Assembly (NCBI GenBank): GCA_030295235.1
Contig: AP026150.1
Location: 434,001 to 498,000 of the forward strand
DNA length: 64,000 nt
Reading direction: 5' to 3'
DNA from: Fistulifera solaris
Taxonomy: Eukaryota
Position numbers and translations under genes: made by a program. Of this stretch, positions 60,101 to 64,000 are shown piece by piece. Position 1 is the first letter of the stretch, and each line of letters begins with the position of its first letter. The notes under the pieces are model-generated. The model was not told the origin of the DNA. It did not search any database and worked only from the letters and a program-made list of their open reading frames with translations.

Positions 60101-61599
60101 CTTGAATGCGCACCCAACACGGCCCCATGAGTTGACAATTGAGAATGAAGGTTTCCCGGATGGACGCGGTAGCGTTTAGAATGTGGCTGTACGTCTTGCC
60201 CTGGCAACGTTCTTCCGGCGGCGGTGGATACTGTGCGGCATAGACGATTTTGAGATACTCGGTACTTTCGCGCGGGATCGTCGAGTCGTCAAATGCGTAT
60301 TGACGTTGCACCGTCTTTCCCGCCCAAGATGCTCCCGCTTTGTTGGGAATCACATTTCCTATCAACATATTGTTAATCTCTTGATGGACTTCCAGCATGG
60401 GGTAGGGCGTACCGTCGGGTTGCTGGCGCGGCAAACAATAGAGACTGCGTGTAATTCCCGTGACATACACACACGCACTGACAAACTGATCGTTCGGTGC
60501 CTTGACTTTTCCAAAAAGGAGAATATCTCCATTACGCTCACTGAGATCCGTCCAGAACAGATCCATGTACTTTCCCCCTTGTTCGTTGGTCTGCACGACC
60601 TGTTCGAGTGTCGCCGTAGCACGCGGCAAATGCGTCGGGGACGGTTCTTCCCTGACCGGCTCCACTGGCATCGGCTCCGGCATATTCATTGTAGCCTGTA
60701 CCGTCTTTTCCATGGCTTCCTTGGTTTCGAGTGCCTTCTGTGCTGCCGTCGATATGGATAACTTGGAACGTCCAAAACGTCGTTTCTTGGGTTCCGGTTC
60801 TTCAACAATATCATCGCCACTTTTTCGTGTCAGGTGCAAACTGCACCGATTTGGGAGTTGACGTGGTCTCGGGTTTCTTGGTTTCGGGGGTTGTAACGAC
60901 TGGTTCGTTATCCATGTCGTCATTGTCGTCATTGAAGTGGGCCATGGGTGCATCATCATCGTCATCCTCGTCATCTTGCACCGGCGGCACCGCATACGAC
61001 GAAGGCGGTGCTTCGGTCTTGGGTCTTCGGTGAGGCATCATTCGCGAAGAACGATGATGAGTTATCGCCGGACGCGTCGACTTGCTTCGCCATACGGTCG
61101 GGTGATCCAATTCCGCCAACAAATCATCGACATTGTTAACGGCCTTGCGTTGTTGTTGTTGCTGTTGCTGCTGTTTGGAAACACTCGTTGAAGCATTCAC
61201 AGAAACCCCGCGATTGACGAAATTCCACATACTGCTGTTGCCCGAGACGGTCGTAGTACTCTGCAACGCCCGCGACTTTTGACGCGCTTTCTTCAACGCC
61301 TGTTCCGTCAATGCCGCATTGATCGAATGCGATTTCTTCTTCTTCTTTTGTTGTTCGTGATATTCCGCTTCCTCACCAAATCGTTCTTCTCCATCGTCAT
61401 AATATCCCAAACCATCGTCATCGACGACAAAGTCTTCTCGCTCGCGACGTGCTTGCACGGTTTGACGATATTCTTCTTCCGTAACTTCATCGTATATTGC
61501 ATCATCTTCAAATTCAATCTGATCGAGAGCGGAAGTGCCCGTTTCACGAGCCGAGCGGTATTTGGCCAAGGCCGCACGGCGACGACTCGCCGAAGACAT
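57128..61599 (-). CDS. POLA1: DNA polymerase alpha catalytic subunit; intron 58795-58880; frameshifts at ~60830 and ~57715
   Basis: N-terminal [64 protein letters not shown]-terminal Cys zinc modules. Confidence 0.97.
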
Positions 61600-61676
61600 G
61601 TTGTAGTTGTAGATGAGGGAGGGAGGGAAGACTATATTATTATAGAGCCGTGCTTGCTGAGGTGAACTGCGTTCAA

Positions 61677-61698
61677 AGAGAGAGAGAGAGAGAGAGAG
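61677..61698. repeat. (AG)n microsatellite upstream of POLA1
   Basis: Direct reading. Confidence 0.9.
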
Positions 61699-62119
61699 TA
61701 AACGACTGATTGTTGTTACAAAGAGAAGAAATGATATTTGCAACTATAGTCGAATACTGTCTGCTTTTATTATTTGTGATGATGCTTCGATGCTTCGATG
61801 CTTTGTGCATTGTTTGTTTTTTCTTGTTTGCATTGTAGTATTTTTTTATTGCGGAGGGAACTTTGCTGGCGTGCCGCGCCGGCCCGGTTGGGCGCGCTCT
61901 GTTTGAAACAACAACAGAATGAAGGGGACTCATGACTGAATTCCAGTCTTGGTGGAAAAGGAGAGACTCCAGTAATGCGATTTCGGTCGCCGTACAAACG
62001 CTCTGGTTGAAGTGCTGCGCTGATGCGGCATTCCTTTCACAACATCATCGCGCCGTTTTTGTTTGTTGTTGTTACGAAAAATAGACCCAACAATACATTC
62101 AATAGTTCTTTCTCTTGCA

Positions 62120-63241
62120 ATGAAATTCGTAATATCATCACCGCTCTCTTTCGCTTTGCTTCTGTTAGCAACAGTTATTTCACGCAAAGGAGGAGAAGGG
62201 TACGGAATCTCTGTTACAAACGCACACAACAATGGGTTGACCCGCTTGTATTCTTACTCGTCGTCATCGTCGTCGTCGCCGTCATCGGCGGCCGCCCCAC
62301 AACAACAACAACAACAACAACCAGACGCATACGAACTCGAATTTCTCAAATCACCGGATGAAGTAACAGATCAATGGGAACTCGATTGTTACAGTCGTCC
62401 CGTCATACAACCCGGCGGAAAGAAATTATGGGAAGTCTTGATTTGTGATTCCGGAAATACCTTTCGATTTCGACAAGAACTTCCTTCATCACAGGTCAAT
62501 TCCAAGACACTCCGACAAGTCGTAGAACAATGCGTCGAACTCGTGCCGACCGCGAAACCATCCGTCATTCGCTTCTTCCGGGGTGCCATGTTCAATATGA
62601 TGAATGTCGCCTTGAAGGAATTGCCCGATATCACCGCAAAACCCAGTCGCTGTACATTTGCGTTAGCAGCATGGTTGGAAGAGCGCCACGCAACTGTCTA
62701 TCCCAAAATGGAAGGATACAATGCGCAAATGATGAATACAGCGACGGGCGCGTCGTTTCTTAACGTCCAGACACCGGTCAAATTGCCCGATTCGTTGCGC
62801 GGAGAACGATACGCCTTTGTGTCGTTACCGTTGGCAGAATTCTTACCCGGAGGTGGTGTCAATGACGATACTATTGGTGTGGGTCGGCTGTGTCCTTTGC
62901 CTCCGGCGTTGTTGTGGCAGCAGTCACTGCCGGCGGGTGATACCTTTGTTTCGGGAGTCGTCTTGATGACACCCCGGGCCAAGGCCATGGCCACGTGGTT
63001 GGCTGGTACCGAATTGATGAGTTTGAAGGCGGATTTGCGCAAACGGCAATTGATTATGGAAACGGATTTGGATACGCAATATCTCATGGCGCGTTTGAAT
63101 GATGAACAACGGGCCGAAGGAGCGGCGATGGAACAAGCCAAAGACCAATTGCAGGGATTGCATTTTGTGTCGGTGCAAGTCGATGAAGAGAGTGATCCGG
63201 AAGGGTTCTGGTTGTTGCGCTCTCTGCCGAGTAATATCTAA
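62120..63241 (+). CDS. Tab2/ATAB2-like plastid RNA-binding protein
   Basis: WELDCYSRPV...GKKLWEVLICD, VNSKTLR, IRFFR..MFNM, PSRCTFALAAWLEER, LPDSLRGE, GLHFVSVQ...GFWLL; N-terminal signal peptide. Confidence 0.9.
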   Translation: MKFVISSPLSFALLLLATVISRKGGEGYGISVTNAHNNGLTRLYSYSSSSSSSPSSAAAPQQQQQQQPDAYELEFLKSPDEVTDQWELDCYSRPVIQPGGKKLWEVLICDSGNTFRFRQELPSSQVNSKTLRQVVEQCVELVPTAKPSVIRFFRGAMFNMMNVALKELPDITAKPSRCTFALAAWLEERHATVYPKMEGYNAQMMNTATGASFLNVQTPVKLPDSLRGERYAFVSLPLAEFLPGGGVNDDTIGVGRLCPLPPALLWQQSLPAGDTFVSGVVLMTPRAKAMATWLAGTELMSLKADLRKRQLIMETDLDTQYLMARLNDEQRAEGAAMEQAKDQLQGLHFVSVQVDEESDPEGFWLLRSLPSNI

Positions 63242-63342
63242 TAATAATAATATTAATAATAATAATAATTATTATTATTATTAGAAGCAATAATGATAAA
63301 AACTATTCTATACTATTTTCTATGATTCCCGCTCTCGATCAA

Positions 63343-64000
63343 CTACTCCATAACGTGATGACAGACGTATAAATTAGGTCGTATGGTAGTGTTTGTCAGA
63401 TCCAAAGGATCTTGATACGTGATTTGACTAGCCCAAGAGTTCTCTTGATAGTTGGGTACTGTCGAATCCAACGAATGCCAGAGTTGCCAATCACGTTCCG
63501 CATCGGCTAATGAATGTGCCGTCATCACCACTACAACTTTGGAACTACTACTACTCGTATTAGTAGTAGTACTAGTATCCCACAATCGTTCCAAGGTAGG
63601 TCTCCAGTCTTTTGCAAATGTGGATGAGCGAATCCTGGATTGAAAAGGATGTATCCTGATGTAGGTGCTGAAGTAGGATTCTGCGGCATGTCATGATATT
63701 TGCCCGAAAGGACCATTTTAAAGTCAATGTATTGTTTCCTACAGTCAAAGTGTGTTGCGAGGGGACATTCTCGCATTCGGGCCCGACAAATGATAGTGTT
63801 GTGTGTCGGTGTGTCGAGTTTTTGTCATGGGTAGACTCTGATAACTGGTAATATAAGAATTCATTCCAATAGGGTACAGGCAACATCGATTCGGCTCGTG
63901 CTCCTAAACACGTCCACTGGGAAACAGTGTGATCCGCACTCGCCAATGTTAAAGGACCCGTTAATACGTGTGATACCAAGGCTTCTTCGTAACGTCTTGA
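63343..64000 (-). CDS. 3' part of an MSS51-like C-terminal-domain protein (truncated by the window; two frameshifts at ~63710 and ~63610)
   Basis: Consecutive frames give PLTL..CLGARAESMLP..W, LSFVGPE, YH, ILFNPGFAHP..W.PTL, TAHS..DAERD, ENSWAS. Confidence 0.6.

Noticed and set aside
57128..61599. POLA1 as a pseudogene, viral PolB or intein-containing gene
   Set aside because: Motifs are intact and alpha-specific, breaks are single-base homopolymer indels, the interruption at 58795-58880 is a GT-AG intron, and no intein motifs are present.
63239..63283. AT-rich (TAA)n/(TTA)n inverted repeat as an intrinsic terminator
   Set aside because: Simple microsatellite between convergent eukaryotic genes; bacterial-type terminators do not apply.

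Overview
Gene-dense eukaryotic nuclear DNA, most likely from a pennate diatom. The evidence is short GT-AG introns, a bipartite plastid presequence with an ASAFAP-like motif on HemC, and a plastid Tab2-like gene. About 30 protein-coding loci are visible. Housekeeping genes include DNA polymerase alpha, HemC, peroxisomal catalase, Rab18, Rab escort protein, TSR2, EMC10, a mitochondrial citrate carrier, an ABCG half-transporter, and RWD, TLDc, CBS, WD40 and U1-zinc-finger proteins. Two local gene-family expansions each contain a genuinely decayed copy: three F-box/SPRY paralogues at 4-8.7 kb and four paralogues of an unnamed ~540-aa RNI/LRR-like family at 36-46 kb. Notable architectures are a Cys-rich DUF5522/C1orf53-like domain fused to cob(I)alamin adenosyltransferase, a UBX-like plus double ZFAND1-type ubiquitin-like protein, and a stalked surface-anchored multicopper oxidase. 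Roughly 19 single-base frameshifts, mostly in or beside homopolymer runs, interrupt otherwise intact genes including essential ones; I read these as assembly errors. I recognised no rRNA, tRNA, CRISPR array or intact mobile element. All family assignments come from recalled motifs, not database searches.
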